From: Chitinophagaceae bacterium
GTDB lineage: Bacteria; Bacteroidota; Bacteroidia; Chitinophagales; Chitinophagaceae
Reading direction: 5' to 3'
Assembly: GCA_043752185.1 (NCBI GenBank)
Contig: JAYUZB010000014.1
Location: 49 to 64,048 of the forward strand
Length of the DNA stretch: 64,000 bases
Below are positions 7,918-18,695 of this stretch, piece after piece. The notes beneath the pieces are model-generated. The model was not told the origin of the DNA. It did not search any database and saw only the letters and a program-made list of their open reading frames with translations. A program made the translations under genes and the position numbers. Position 1 is the stretch's first letter. Every line of letters starts with the position of its first letter.

Positions 7918-9618
7918 CTAAAAATTCACCCTTACTCCGCCCATCAAATTCAAACCATACACCTCGTAATTATGCCAGCGCTGATATTTGTTGTTCAAGA
8001 TATTATTCACATCCATCCAGGCGCTAAAGGTTTTGTTGATCTTGAATTCTATACCTGCACTTAAGTCTGATCCTGGTTTAAAGGCTTTGGCTACATTTCC
8101 TTTATCAAGATAGAAACTGCCACTGAATGCATAAAAATCTGCCTTAAGCAATACCTGTTTAAATGCCCACCAGCGCAATGAACTGGTAAATTCAAGCGGG
8201 AGTGTATTCCATGCTTTTTTGTTACTCTTCATACCTACATATCCATTGTAGGTAATGCCGGCAGTAACAGTCAATTTTTCTTTGCTTACAAAACTTACAT
8301 CGCCATGCACTCTAAAATTATTAACCTTGGTTTCATTGCTGATGACAAATGCTTTTCCATCAGTAGCTGTATCATTAATAAAGAAAGGCAGGTTGTTATA
8401 GGTTATATAGCCCGCTTTTGCGTTAAAGTTGAAGTGCTTACCCAGCGTACCTTTTATGCCACCATAATATTCAATCTCCTTGGTGTTCAGTTGCACCGAA
8501 AGGGTTTTTAAATATGGATTTACAGCCGACAAATTGCGGTAGGTATTCTTTGTTAAACGCCCAACCCATCCTGCCTGAAAGGCGAAAACATTTTCAGCAA
8601 TAAATGCCTCGGCATACACATTGGGCAGCCAAATAAATTTTCCATTATCCCAGGTTGGCGTTATACCGGCATTGATACTTGCACGTGGCGTAGAAAAAAC
8701 CAGGGAAGGCGAAACCTGGAAAACATTGTTATTGAATTTTACATTGTTGGGTAATAGATCTTTCGATGCGTAAGATGTAATATCTGCTTTGGCTTCCAGC
8801 TTAAAGGCAAAAATTTCACCAAACTGTTTTTCAACAGGCGCAGTTAAAATAAAGGAGGTCTCGGTAAGTTTATTCACGTTGGTAAAACTGCTTACCTGTA
8901 CATTGGGGTTATAATTAATTCCAAATTCTCCCGTCTTTGTATTGCGTATGCCAATGTTACCTGAAAAATCCTGGAACTGCTGCCGTACATCTTTTCTACT
9001 GTACTTATAAAGTCCGGTATCAAAACCATACAGGAAATTTTCATGCATTTTTACATTCACACCTGCATATACTTCATTGGTTGGTAAAAATAAACTTCCT
9101 GCTGCTTTCACATTCAGTCTTGAATAATCCTGATACAGCAATTTTCCTTTGGAAGAAATATAATCAGCATACACATTGGCCAGAAACTTTTTACCATCGC
9201 CAAAACTAAAACCTGCACTTACATAAGGTGTTGCCAGGTTACCATAACCGACTTTTACATAATTTCTTAACCCAAGGTACAGATTGGTATCCTGCTGTAA
9301 AGCCAATGCTGTTAAAGGTATTGGCTGATACGAGTAAAATAAATTCTGTGCCGGAATACTATAGGTTAAATTAGGCGCAGTAGTATCGGCATTTAAATGT
9401 GTAGCCGAAAAATTTATTTTTACCGCATTACGCAACACCGGTTTGTAGGCTGAATTAATATCTACTGTGGATGTTTTTTTGAGCGTATCTTTTTGGGCTG
9501 ATATGTCAACTGGCAAAAGACAAACTATTATAAACGGCAGACATAGCAGTTTTATGCCTTTATTGATTATTGAATATTGAATATTGATCATTGAATATTT
9601 TTTATTGTGTTTTTGCAT
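7918..9618 (-). CDS. Outer-membrane beta-barrel protein (TonB-dependent-receptor-like)
   Basis: Signal peptide ending SAQ; amphipathic beta strands; C-terminal GVRVNF. Start codon uncertain. Confidence 0.75.
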   Translation of the reverse strand: MQKHNKKYSMINIQYSIINKGIKLLCLPFIIVCLLPVDISAQKDTLKKTSTVDINSAYKPVLRNAVKINFSATHLNADTTAPNLTYSIPAQNLFYSYQPIPLTALALQQDTNLYLGLRNYVKVGYGNLATPYVSAGFSFGDGKKFLANVYADYISSKGKLLYQDYSRLNVKAAGSLFLPTNEVYAGVNVKMHENFLYGFDTGLYKYSRKDVRQQFQDFSGNIGIRNTKTGEFGINYNPNVQVSSFTNVNKLTETSFILTAPVEKQFGEIFAFKLEAKADITSYASKDLLPNNVKFNNNVFQVSPSLVFSTPRASINAGITPTWDNGKFIWLPNVYAEAFIAENVFAFQAGWVGRLTKNTYRNLSAVNPYLKTLSVQLNTKEIEYYGGIKGTLGKHFNFNAKAGYITYNNLPFFINDTATDGKAFVISNETKVNNFRVHGDVSFVSKEKLTVTAGITYNGYVGMKSNKKAWNTLPLEFTSSLRWWAFKQVLLKADFYAFSGSFYLDKGNVAKAFKPGSDLSAGIEFKINKTFSAWMDVNNILNNKYQRWHNYEVYGLNLMGGVRVNF

Positions 9619-9648
9619 GGTTGTTTATGTTCCTTTTATAACCAATTC

Positions 9649-12600
9649 CTACTCACCTCCCACTTTACTTACTGCTTTCTCCTCTGCTATTGCTTTATCT
9701 AATTTTTGTTGTGCTTCGCTTTTCAATTCAGGTATCACCGAATTTTTTGCCACACTTTCATACGTAGCTTTTGCATTGAAATAATCTTTTTGCTGCATAA
9801 AAATATCGCCCAGTAAAATATAGCTTTTGGTTACCCAGTTATCGTAACTACCGGTTTCTTTAATTACTGCCAATGCCGATTTTTCTGCTGCTGCAAGGCT
9901 GTTCATGCTGAACTGGCAATTGGCAATTTCGTACCGGGCCTCAGCACCCCAGGCAGCTTTGTTGATTGCTGCACAGGATTTGAATGAAGTAATAGCGGCA
10001 GCACATTCATTGTTTACCTGCTGCGATTTTCCCAGCACCAGGAAAGCAATGGATTTATCATCCGTGCTGATTCCCTTTTTTGTCAACAAAGTTTTTGCTG
10101 CATCATTTGCCTGGACGTAATCTTTTAGCTGATAATAACAACGTAACAATCCCCGCAGTGCTTCCAGTTGATTGTCCTGATTTATTGAACCACCAGTCAA
10201 TGATTCAAAATATTTTTTTGCTTTGCTGTAATCTTTTAATTCAAAATAACTGATACGGGCCGCTTCAAGTGTAGCTTTTTCAAAGAAACGGTTAATGCCT
10301 TTGCTGTTTACATAATCGTACCCAACCAGGGCATTTTGAAAATCTTTGGCGGCGTTGTAACATTCGCTGCTAAAATAATTTGCTTCTAAAATATAAGCCC
10401 CATCAGGAAACCTGGATATGTAATTTTTAAAACCTGCAATGGCTGCATTGCAATCATTCGCATTGTATTTTAACGCCGCCGATGTGTACGTAAGTGAATC
10501 TGCTTCGGTTACAGAAATATTCTTACCGCTGCGGCGCATCATTTCTATGTATTCATTGGGCTTGCCAATTTCTACATAAATATTTTTCATGATGTCGGTT
10601 GCTTCATCTGCTTCGGATGATTGCGGATACTTTGCAACCAGCGCCTGGTAATTTACCAATGCATCATCATACTTATCGGTATTATAATAAACCAATCCCA
10701 GTTTTAAGTAAGCTCTTGGTTTTAATCCGCCGGCATCAGGATCGTTCAAAACATTTGTTAGATATGGAACTGCCGATAAGAATTTTTCATCGGCAATATA
10801 AGTTTGTGCAATCTCCATATTTACATCGGGTACCAGGTTGCTTTTTGGATATTGTTTCAGCAAATTGTTCAATGTACTTATTTTATTTGCTGAATTTTTT
10901 ACACCTGCAATGCTGGCTTTTTGAAACATGGCATAATCACTCTGTGGCAGGGCATTATTAATCACATTATCATACATGGTATTTGCCTTCGCAAAATCCG
11001 AAGCCATAAAATAACAATCGGCACTGCGTACATAAGCATCCTGCTCCATGGCTGGCGATGTAACCGTAACAGTTTTTGTTATCTGCTCAAAATAGCCAAG
11101 CGCTTTGTTATAATTTTCTTTTTGCAACCAGCTATAACCTAAATCATAGTTGGCAGTATTTTTATTGGCTTCTCCCTGTGCAGGCAGATTAGACTGCATG
11201 TAAAAGCTTAAATATTTAATAGCGTTATCGTATTCCTTATTGCGGTAAGCAATTTCTCCTTTCCAGAAATTAGCATAAGGTGTTACGGAAGAATTGGGCA
11301 AGGTCAATACTTTTGTCAGCAAATCATCGGCTCTTTTTATTTGTTGATCGTTTATCAGTTCAACCGCACGGCCATACAATATACGTGGATACACTTTTTG
11401 CATGGAAGCTGTTGGCTTATCAAATGATTCATACAATTGAAGCGCATCTGCAAAATTGTTTGTATTGGCCATCAGGCTTACCAATATCTCTTTAGCTTCG
11501 GTATCGTATTCACTATTAGGATAATCATTCAGGTATTTCTTCATTTCATTTAAAGCAATATCCTGGTAGCCCAGTTCATAAGAAAGTTTTGCATAATTAA
11601 ATCTTGATATTTGCTGTTGCAACTTATTGGAACTGTTGTAAGCACTATACTGAAAAGCATTACGGGCATTGGCTTTCTGGTTGGTACGCAGGTAACAATC
11701 GCCCAGCAGGTACATGCTGTTTTGCCCCATCGAATCTTTTTCGGTACTCAGCTGTTTAAACCCAGCAATGGCTTTATCTAGTTTATTGGCATCGTAATAA
11801 CAGTAACTCAGCTCGTACATAATTTCTTTGCTCACTTTATCACTGCTGTTTACATAAGCTTCTAAAAGCGGTAATGCTTTGGGGTAATTTTTCTTTTCAA
11901 AATACAACTGGCCTATCAGCAGGTTCATTTCTTTTTGATAAAATAAAGTACCAGCCCTACCCAATACACTTTCGCCATAACGCAGTGCTTCATCTTTTTT
12001 TCCCTGGAAATAATATATCTCGGCAATATAATAAGGAACCACGCCTTTGTATTCTTCCTGGGTTTCTACCATTTTAAAAGCCTTGATTGCTTCATTATAA
12101 TTTCGTTCGTTATAATTGATAATACCGTAATAATAATTTGCCGGTATAAAATATTTGCTATCAGACATCTGGTGTATTTCATCAAACAAAGGTTTGGCTT
12201 CTGCAAATTGTTTCAGGTTAAAATAAGCGTATGCCTTTTCAAATTTTGCATCGGCAATTTCATCATTGCTTAAATTTTCTAATCCAGCCCTTTCGTAATA
12301 AGTAATGGCATTGCTAAAGTCATCTTTAAGAAAATAATATTTGGCAAGATGATAACTCAGCAACTGGCGGCGGGGTTCGTTGCTAACCACATTAATATAG
12401 TGGCGGGCTTCCTGCTCTGCAATGGGTTGCTGCAGTTTTAATTCGCAAACAATGTAATAATAATTTACATCGTCGTTCAAATAAGCATGATCGCTTGCTG
12501 TGTTATCGGGGTATGCAGCCTTCAACTCTGCAAATAAAGGATATGCCAGTGCAAACTGTTCTCTTACAAAAAGCTCTTTGGCATCCTTGTACTTTTTTTC

Positions 12601-12690
12601 GGGATCGGTAATGGCATGTGTGGGTTGTGCAAAAGTTGAGAAGGAAATAATTGCTGCAAAAAGCAACAGGGCAATTTTTTGTTTTATCAT
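9649..12690 (-). CDS. Large secreted tetratricopeptide-repeat protein
   Basis: Signal peptide MIKQKIALLLFAAIISFSTFAQ (alternative start 12708); many TPR-like helical repeats (YYYG, AYLKLG, YPxS). Confidence 0.85.
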   Translation of the reverse strand: MIKQKIALLLFAAIISFSTFAQPTHAITDPEKKYKDAKELFVREQFALAYPLFAELKAAYPDNTASDHAYLNDDVNYYYIVCELKLQQPIAEQEARHYINVVSNEPRRQLLSYHLAKYYFLKDDFSNAITYYERAGLENLSNDEIADAKFEKAYAYFNLKQFAEAKPLFDEIHQMSDSKYFIPANYYYGIINYNERNYNEAIKAFKMVETQEEYKGVVPYYIAEIYYFQGKKDEALRYGESVLGRAGTLFYQKEMNLLIGQLYFEKKNYPKALPLLEAYVNSSDKVSKEIMYELSYCYYDANKLDKAIAGFKQLSTEKDSMGQNSMYLLGDCYLRTNQKANARNAFQYSAYNSSNKLQQQISRFNYAKLSYELGYQDIALNEMKKYLNDYPNSEYDTEAKEILVSLMANTNNFADALQLYESFDKPTASMQKVYPRILYGRAVELINDQQIKRADDLLTKVLTLPNSSVTPYANFWKGEIAYRNKEYDNAIKYLSFYMQSNLPAQGEANKNTANYDLGYSWLQKENYNKALGYFEQITKTVTVTSPAMEQDAYVRSADCYFMASDFAKANTMYDNVINNALPQSDYAMFQKASIAGVKNSANKISTLNNLLKQYPKSNLVPDVNMEIAQTYIADEKFLSAVPYLTNVLNDPDAGGLKPRAYLKLGLVYYNTDKYDDALVNYQALVAKYPQSSEADEATDIMKNIYVEIGKPNEYIEMMRRSGKNISVTEADSLTYTSAALKYNANDCNAAIAGFKNYISRFPDGAYILEANYFSSECYNAAKDFQNALVGYDYVNSKGINRFFEKATLEAARISYFELKDYSKAKKYFESLTGGSINQDNQLEALRGLLRCYYQLKDYVQANDAAKTLLTKKGISTDDKSIAFLVLGKSQQVNNECAAAITSFKSCAAINKAAWGAEARYEIANCQFSMNSLAAAEKSALAVIKETGSYDNWVTKSYILLGDIFMQQKDYFNAKATYESVAKNSVIPELKSEAQQKLDKAIAEEKAVSKVGGE

Positions 12691-12901
12691 GGTTGTAGAT
12701 TCATTCATTTTTACTGATTGCAAAATTACTTCATTACATATCCTGTTACAAACATCATTCCAAACGATTGTTAATAAGTGGATAATTGATGTAAACAAAA
12801 CGAATGTATTTTTACATTGCTGTTAATAAAATGATAAATAAACATTGTTGCAGAATTTTATAACAGTTAATTAAAAAATCTTAACCTTTTAAAAAAATTA
12901 A

Positions 12902-13309
12902 ATGAGAAAATTATTATCAACAAAATATTCGGCAGGAGCCTTTAATGCAGCCATGCTTATTTTGCGCCTGAGCCTGGGAATTTTAATGATGCATGGAGGT
13001 TACAATAAGCTGGTTAATTTTGGAGAAATGCAGCATAAGTTTATGAACTTTATGGGCATAGGCAGTTCCGCATCGCTTGCATTGGTTGTATTTGCCGAAT
13101 TCTTTTGTTCCCTGTTTTTAATTCTTGGTTTGTTTACAAGGTTTGCAGCAATACCTCTTATTGTTACCATGTGTGTGGCATTGTTTAAAGCCCACAATGG
13201 CGAGGTATTTGGCGATGGGCAGACAGCAACATTATATCTCACAGGCTATCTTGTTTTATTATTGGTTGGCCCCGGCAGAGTTAGTGTTGATAGTATGATT
13301 GGAAAATAA
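12902..13309 (+). CDS. DoxX family membrane protein
   Basis: LILRLSLG..HG..KL; AEFFCSLFLILGLFTR; GPGRVSVD. Confidence 0.85.
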   Translation: MRKLLSTKYSAGAFNAAMLILRLSLGILMMHGGYNKLVNFGEMQHKFMNFMGIGSSASLALVVFAEFFCSLFLILGLFTRFAAIPLIVTMCVALFKAHNGEVFGDGQTATLYLTGYLVLLLVGPGRVSVDSMIGK

Positions 13310-13329
13310 TTACATCTAAAACGCAACTT

Positions 13330-13920
13330 ATGAAAAAAGCAGATGTACTACAATTAACAATAGTACTTATAGGTATTGTGTTTGGGTTTGTGGCTGTACA
13401 ATATTTATTATCGTCGTTTTATGGAGTTTTTGCTGTGCTTTTTTCTGATGAGATCGGCTCAGGCAGTTATTTCCCTGGCGTAGTAAGCATTTTTGCGCTT
13501 GTTGGATTACAGGCGCTTTGTTGCTGGTTATTGATTACAAAATCAGATAAATTAGCAGCATGGTTTTATCGCAATTCAGAACTTGGTAACGGGTTTAAGA
13601 TTGTAAGCAAACCAAATGAGTTGTTACATGTGCTTCTTATAGCAATTGGTATTTACCTGTTGCTCTCAAACCTTACTCCGCTACTCACCACTATTTTTGA
13701 CAGTTTTAAGGAACGTGGTTCCCGTGGCTTACTTGACATGAATGAAGATGAAAGGCCGGTACAATGGGCAAGGTTACTATTAAATATTGTGTTGCCATTT
13801 ATTTTGCTAATGTTTGCAAAGCCTATAGCTGATTATTTTGCAAAAAATATAGGCGAAGAACCAATCAGTATTGAAGAATCATTTGACAGAACAGAGATTA
13901 CTGAAACAAACGAATCCTGA
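13330..13920 (+). CDS. Hypothetical membrane protein (about 4 TM segments)
   Basis: 196-aa ORF with hydrophobic segments, in operon context. Confidence 0.7.
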   Translation: MKKADVLQLTIVLIGIVFGFVAVQYLLSSFYGVFAVLFSDEIGSGSYFPGVVSIFALVGLQALCCWLLITKSDKLAAWFYRNSELGNGFKIVSKPNELLHVLLIAIGIYLLLSNLTPLLTTIFDSFKERGSRGLLDMNEDERPVQWARLLLNIVLPFILLMFAKPIADYFAKNIGEEPISIEESFDRTEITETNES

Positions 13921-14333
13921 TGTTCATCACCGAAACACAAATACGCATACATTATGCACTCACCGACCAGATGGGGGTTGTGTATTATGGTCACTATGCA
14001 CAGTTTTATGAAATTGGCCGTACCGAAGCTATCAGGCAGATCGGGTACACATATAAAGAGATAGAAGCACTAGGCATCATCATGCCAGTGGTTGAAATAC
14101 ACAGCCGTTTTTTACGCCCTGCAAAATATGATGACCTCATTACGGTAAAAACAACGCTGAGAGAAATGCCCACACATTTCAAAATTGTTTTTCATGCCGA
14201 AATTTTTAATGAGCAGGATGAATTACTGAATACCGGTGAGGTTTCTTTGTTTTTCGTAGATGCAAAAACAATGAAGCGTTGTGATATGCCGGAAGTGTTG
14301 AGGGAGAAATTGTCAGGATACTTTGTTGGATAA
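13920..14333 (+). CDS. YbgC/FadM-family acyl-CoA thioesterase
   Basis: TDQMGVVYYGHYAQFYEIGR hot-dog fold motif; PAKYDD. Confidence 0.88.
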   Translation: MFITETQIRIHYALTDQMGVVYYGHYAQFYEIGRTEAIRQIGYTYKEIEALGIIMPVVEIHSRFLRPAKYDDLITVKTTLREMPTHFKIVFHAEIFNEQDELLNTGEVSLFFVDAKTMKRCDMPEVLREKLSGYFVG

Positions 14334-14386
14334 TTCAAAAATCAAAATTAAAAAAAGAGTTTACCTGAGTGAGTATTTTTGAATTT

Positions 14387-15808
14387 TTACTTTAAGTTAT
14401 CCAGCAGCTTCCACATTTTTTCCCTTACAGCACCGGGGTTTCCATCATAATTATTGATGATAAAAGAGAAAGTATATTCAGTGCCAGATTTGGATTTGAT
14501 ATAACCGGTATAACTTCTTACACCGCCAATATAACCCGATTTCATTTTTATGCCATTCTGCTCCGGCAATGCATTGTAAAAAGATGGAAACCAACTTTGC
14601 TTTTTAGCATATTGCATTACTGTTACCAAAGCATTGGTGGTAACCCGGTTTGCAGGAGATAAGCCACTGCCATCAATTATATGTAAAGCCGATTTTTCTA
14701 TCCCGTTCTTACTCCAGAAATTTTTGATGATCGCAATCGATGAATCATAGATGTCATTTGTGTTCATAAAAGGATATTGTTTACTGGATATTGCTTTTAT
14801 GAAAGCTTCTCCATATAAATTTATACTCTTTTGCATAAACCAATAGTTTATGCTATCAAGTGGAGGAGACATTAACGAATCAATAAAAGTTGTAGCCTTA
14901 TAAACTGATTTATTTGAAAGCACATTCTCGGTATAAGCAAAGCTTTCAGGTTGGATTGTAATTCCGTTTTTTCTTAAATGATCAACAAGATCATCCTTAA
15001 ATATTGTAGAAGGATTGACCATGCTTCCGCTTATTTTAAAACTACCTTTCTGCAACTGAATTGTACCTTTTGTAAGTATAAGATTTGAAAATGGTGATGA
15101 ATAGATAATTGAATTGTCGCCACTCCCCTTTGCACCTGTTGTTATACTATTCTGCAAATTAATATCAGCCATCTTAGGATTGGTAGACACTACAGTTGTT
15201 GGCCATCCTTCCTTTTCACCCGGCTGTAAGTAAAGATCATACTGGTTTTCATGCCAGTTAAATCCAAAGCATGGTGCTCCATAATAATTACCCATATCCT
15301 GCCATATCCAGCCTTCCGGCATTGGCAACAATCCGTAATACAGGTCATCCACATACAGGTTTCTTTCAAAACGTGTCAATTTATTTTTTTGCAGGATGGC
15401 AGCAATTTTAGAAAAAATAATCGTGTCAGTTGTATTTTTCCATCGCCAGCTACCAAGTGTTGGATCTCCACGGCCAATAATAAATAAAGAGCCTGCATCA
15501 AAATTATTATCCCCCTGCGGATCGGTTCCTATGTATGTTTTATACCGAAAATCTTTCCCCAGCATTTCAAATGCACTTGCACTGGTAATCACTTTTAAAC
15601 AACTGGCAGGTGCCAATCCTACCTGCGAGTTTTTATCAAATATAACTTTGCCGGTTTTTGTATCCACCAAATACAGGCTTATTGTGGCGTGTTTAAACTG
15701 TGTATCGGTTTCAAAAATTTTAAATGCATTTGCAAGGCGGACATCATACTTCTGCCCAAAAAAAATTTCACTTATCAATAAACTAAATCCTAAAAAAAAT
15801 GTTTTCAT
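14387..15808 (-). CDS. dacB: D-alanyl-D-alanine carboxypeptidase/endopeptidase (S13, PBP4)
   Basis: PASCLK (SxxK), GRGDPTL, SIN (SxN), DGSGLS, KSG. Confidence 0.9.
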   Translation of the reverse strand: MKTFFLGFSLLISEIFFGQKYDVRLANAFKIFETDTQFKHATISLYLVDTKTGKVIFDKNSQVGLAPASCLKVITSASAFEMLGKDFRYKTYIGTDPQGDNNFDAGSLFIIGRGDPTLGSWRWKNTTDTIIFSKIAAILQKNKLTRFERNLYVDDLYYGLLPMPEGWIWQDMGNYYGAPCFGFNWHENQYDLYLQPGEKEGWPTTVVSTNPKMADINLQNSITTGAKGSGDNSIIYSSPFSNLILTKGTIQLQKGSFKISGSMVNPSTIFKDDLVDHLRKNGITIQPESFAYTENVLSNKSVYKATTFIDSLMSPPLDSINYWFMQKSINLYGEAFIKAISSKQYPFMNTNDIYDSSIAIIKNFWSKNGIEKSALHIIDGSGLSPANRVTTNALVTVMQYAKKQSWFPSFYNALPEQNGIKMKSGYIGGVRSYTGYIKSKSGTEYTFSFIINNYDGNPGAVREKMWKLLDNLK

Positions 15809-15853
15809 CTGTTAACTTATCTTGCACTAAAATTAATCTTTTTAAAACGATAC

Positions 15854-17101
15854 ATGACACAGGCTTCCATAATTACAATCGGCGATGAACTTTTAATAGG
15901 ACAGGTTATTGACACCAACAGCGCCTGGATGGCGCAGGAACTTAACAAAGCTGGCATACGTGTGGCACGCCGGGTAGCTGTGGGCGATGTGTGGGATGAA
16001 ATATGGACAGCGCTGGATGAAGAACAAAAATATGCCGATATCATTTTAATAACCGGCGGCCTTGGCCCTACAGCCGATGATATTACCAAGCCTCTCTTAT
16101 GTAAATATTTTGGCGGCACATTAATTGTTGATAAAGCAGCCAGACAAAATGTGCTCGACATCTTTACCAAACTTAACCGCCCTATTATTGACCGTAATTT
16201 AAAACAGGCCGAAGTACCTGATGTGTGTACCGTGTTGCAAAATAAAAGAGGAACTGCCCCCGGCATGTTGTTTAATAAAGATGGAAAAGTATTTGTAAGT
16301 CTGCCAGGCGTACCGCACGAAATGAAAGGCCTGATGACTGATGATGTGATACCGGCGCTGGTAAAGCAATTTAAATTTCCGGCCATCATTCATAATACAT
16401 TATTAACCGCCGGTGTTGGCGAAAGTTTTTTAGCCGAACTGATAAAAGATTTTGAAGAAGCACTGCCTGCACATATAAAACTGGCTTACCTGCCCAATTA
16501 TGGTATGGTTAGGTTACGTTTAACAGCAACAGGTTTTAATGCCACTGAAACAGAAAAAGAAATTCAAGGGTTATTTGAAAAACTTAAAGCGCTTGTTAAA
16601 GATTACCTGGTAACAGATAAAGATGAACCCATGCAAAACGTGGTGGGCAATCTGTTATTGGCAAATGGCAAAACTATGTGTACTGCCGAAAGCTGTACTG
16701 GTGGCTATATTGCACACCTGCTTACTTCTATTGTAGGCTCATCAAAATTTTATTATGGCAGTGTAGTTAGTTACTCTTACGAGGCAAAGGAAGATTTGTT
16801 GCAGGTTGATAAAACCACGCTGGAAACAAAAGGTGCAGTTAGTGAAGAAGTGGTACTGCAAATGGCCCGTGGTGCATTAAAACATCTTAGGTCTGATTAT
16901 GTAATTGCCGTATCGGGTATTATGGGGCCCGATGGCGGAACCACAGATAAACCTGCCGGCACCGTTTGGATAGCTGTAGGCAATAAAGAAAACCTGCAGG
17001 CACAAAAACTTTATTTCCGATTTGACAGGGCCAGAAATATACAGTTAACTGCTACCAATGCTTTGAATTTGCTACGTAAATTCATACTGTCACAACCTTA
17101 A
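15854..17101 (+). CDS. cinA: CinA-family protein (molybdopterin-binding-like domain plus NMN deamidase domain)
   Basis: IGDELLIGQVIDTN, TGGLGPTADD, TAESCTGG, GAVSEE, SGIMGPDGG. Confidence 0.9.
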   Translation: MTQASIITIGDELLIGQVIDTNSAWMAQELNKAGIRVARRVAVGDVWDEIWTALDEEQKYADIILITGGLGPTADDITKPLLCKYFGGTLIVDKAARQNVLDIFTKLNRPIIDRNLKQAEVPDVCTVLQNKRGTAPGMLFNKDGKVFVSLPGVPHEMKGLMTDDVIPALVKQFKFPAIIHNTLLTAGVGESFLAELIKDFEEALPAHIKLAYLPNYGMVRLRLTATGFNATETEKEIQGLFEKLKALVKDYLVTDKDEPMQNVVGNLLLANGKTMCTAESCTGGYIAHLLTSIVGSSKFYYGSVVSYSYEAKEDLLQVDKTTLETKGAVSEEVVLQMARGALKHLRSDYVIAVSGIMGPDGGTTDKPAGTVWIAVGNKENLQAQKLYFRFDRARNIQLTATNALNLLRKFILSQP

Positions 17102-17172
17102 CCGAGAAATAGTAGTTTAAATCGGAAATAATTACCTTTGAGTACGATTGCAAACAAATTTCAAACAAGTAT

Positions 17173-18519
17173 ATGAGTTTAGTTGATTTAGTAATGCCAA
17201 AGCTTGGAGAAAGCATCATGGAAGCCACCATTTTAAAATGGCATAAAAAACCAGGTGATACCATTAAGCAGGACGAAACTGTTTTGGATATTGCCACCGA
17301 TAAAGTGGACAGCGAAGTGCCTTCAACAGCCGAAGGTGTAATTGAAGAAATTTTATTTAAAGAGAATGATGTGGTGCCTATTGGTACCATCATTGCCAAA
17401 ATAAGAGTGGGTGCCAATGCAGCGGTTTCAAATAACCAGTCAGCGCCTGCGCCAAAACAGCAAGAATATGAAGAAGCAAAAGTGGTGGAGGAAATTCCTT
17501 ATCAGCCAACGCCATCAGCTCAATCAAACCAATCATCTAAATCAGCGATTCGTTTTTATTCTCCATTGGTTTTAAACATTGCCCAGCAGGAAGGTATCGG
17601 CATGGCCGAGCTGGAAAACATACCCGGCACCGGCCAGGATGGAAGGGTAAGCAAGAAAGATATTTTAGCATACGTGGCCAACAAAGGCACAGGCAGCCAG
17701 CCACAACAAACAACCCAACAACCTCAAACTACTGTTGTTGCTTTACCAGAACCACAAACCACAAACCACAAACCACAAACTGAATATCAGGCTCCGGTTG
17801 TATTTACGGGCAACGTAGAAGTAATTGAAATGGACCGTATGCGTAAACTGATTGCCAAACATATGGTAGACAGCAAGCACACATCGGCACATGTTACCAG
17901 CTTTGCCGAATGTGATGTTACCGGTTTGGTTATGTGGAGAGAAAAAGTAAAAAAAGATTTCGAAAAAAGAGAAGGCGAAAAAATTACCTACACACCGCTG
18001 TTTATTGAAACCATTGTAAAGTGTATTAAAAAATACCCGATGCTCAGCAGCAGTGTAGATGGCGATAAAATAATTATAAAAAAAGACCTGAACATTGGTA
18101 TGGCCACTGCTCTGCCAAGCGGCAACTTAATTGTGCCGGTAATAAAAAATGCCGATCAACTTAATTTAACCGGCCTTACTAAACAGGTTAACGGCCTGGC
18201 CAATGCAGCCCGTACCGGCAAACTAAGGCCCGATGATACTACCGGCGGCACATTCACTTTAACCAACGTAGGTACATTCGGCAGCATTATGGGCACACCC
18301 ATTATTAACCAGCCACAGGTGGCTATTATGGCTGTGGGCGCTATTAAAAAACGCCCCATGGTTATAGAAACCCCGCAGGGCGACAGCATTGCCATACGTC
18401 ACATGATGTACATTTCTCTCAGTTACGACCACCGTATTATTGATGGTGCACTCGGCTCTACTTTCTTAAATGCTGTGAGTAAGGAGTTAGAGAATTTTGA
18501 TGTAAACAGAACTATTTAG
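17173..18519 (+). CDS. 2-oxoacid dehydrogenase E2 (dihydrolipoamide acyltransferase)
   Basis: Lipoyl motif ATDKVDSEVP; subunit-binding GTGQDGRVSKKD; catalytic SYDHRIIDG. Confidence 0.9.
   Translation: MSLVDLVMPKLGESIMEATILKWHKKPGDTIKQDETVLDIATDKVDSEVPSTAEGVIEEILFKENDVVPIGTIIAKIRVGANAAVSNNQSAPAPKQQEYEEAKVVEEIPYQPTPSAQSNQSSKSAIRFYSPLVLNIAQQEGIGMAELENIPGTGQDGRVSKKDILAYVANKGTGSQPQQTTQQPQTTVVALPEPQTTNHKPQTEYQAPVVFTGNVEVIEMDRMRKLIAKHMVDSKHTSAHVTSFAECDVTGLVMWREKVKKDFEKREGEKITYTPLFIETIVKCIKKYPMLSSSVDGDKIIIKKDLNIGMATALPSGNLIVPVIKNADQLNLTGLTKQVNGLANAARTGKLRPDDTTGGTFTLTNVGTFGSIMGTPIINQPQVAIMAVGAIKKRPMVIETPQGDSIAIRHMMYISLSYDHRIIDGALGSTFLNAVSKELENFDVNRTI
17751..17778 (+). repeat. Four perfect tandem ACCACAA heptamers within the E2 linker
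   Basis: Read directly; encodes PQTTNHKPQ. Confidence 0.85.
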
Positions 18520-18695
18520 AGAATTAGGTATGGGCAATCAGGAATTAGGAATTTGAATACCAGCTTTGGTTTTTCATGGCGACATCGTTGTGTCACAATC
18601 CTTTCATCAGCATACCATTGGGAAGCTTTAATTGTGTTTTGCTGAACCGCATTTTTTCTAAATTCTTATTAAATAACAATTTTTTCGCCGCTACT

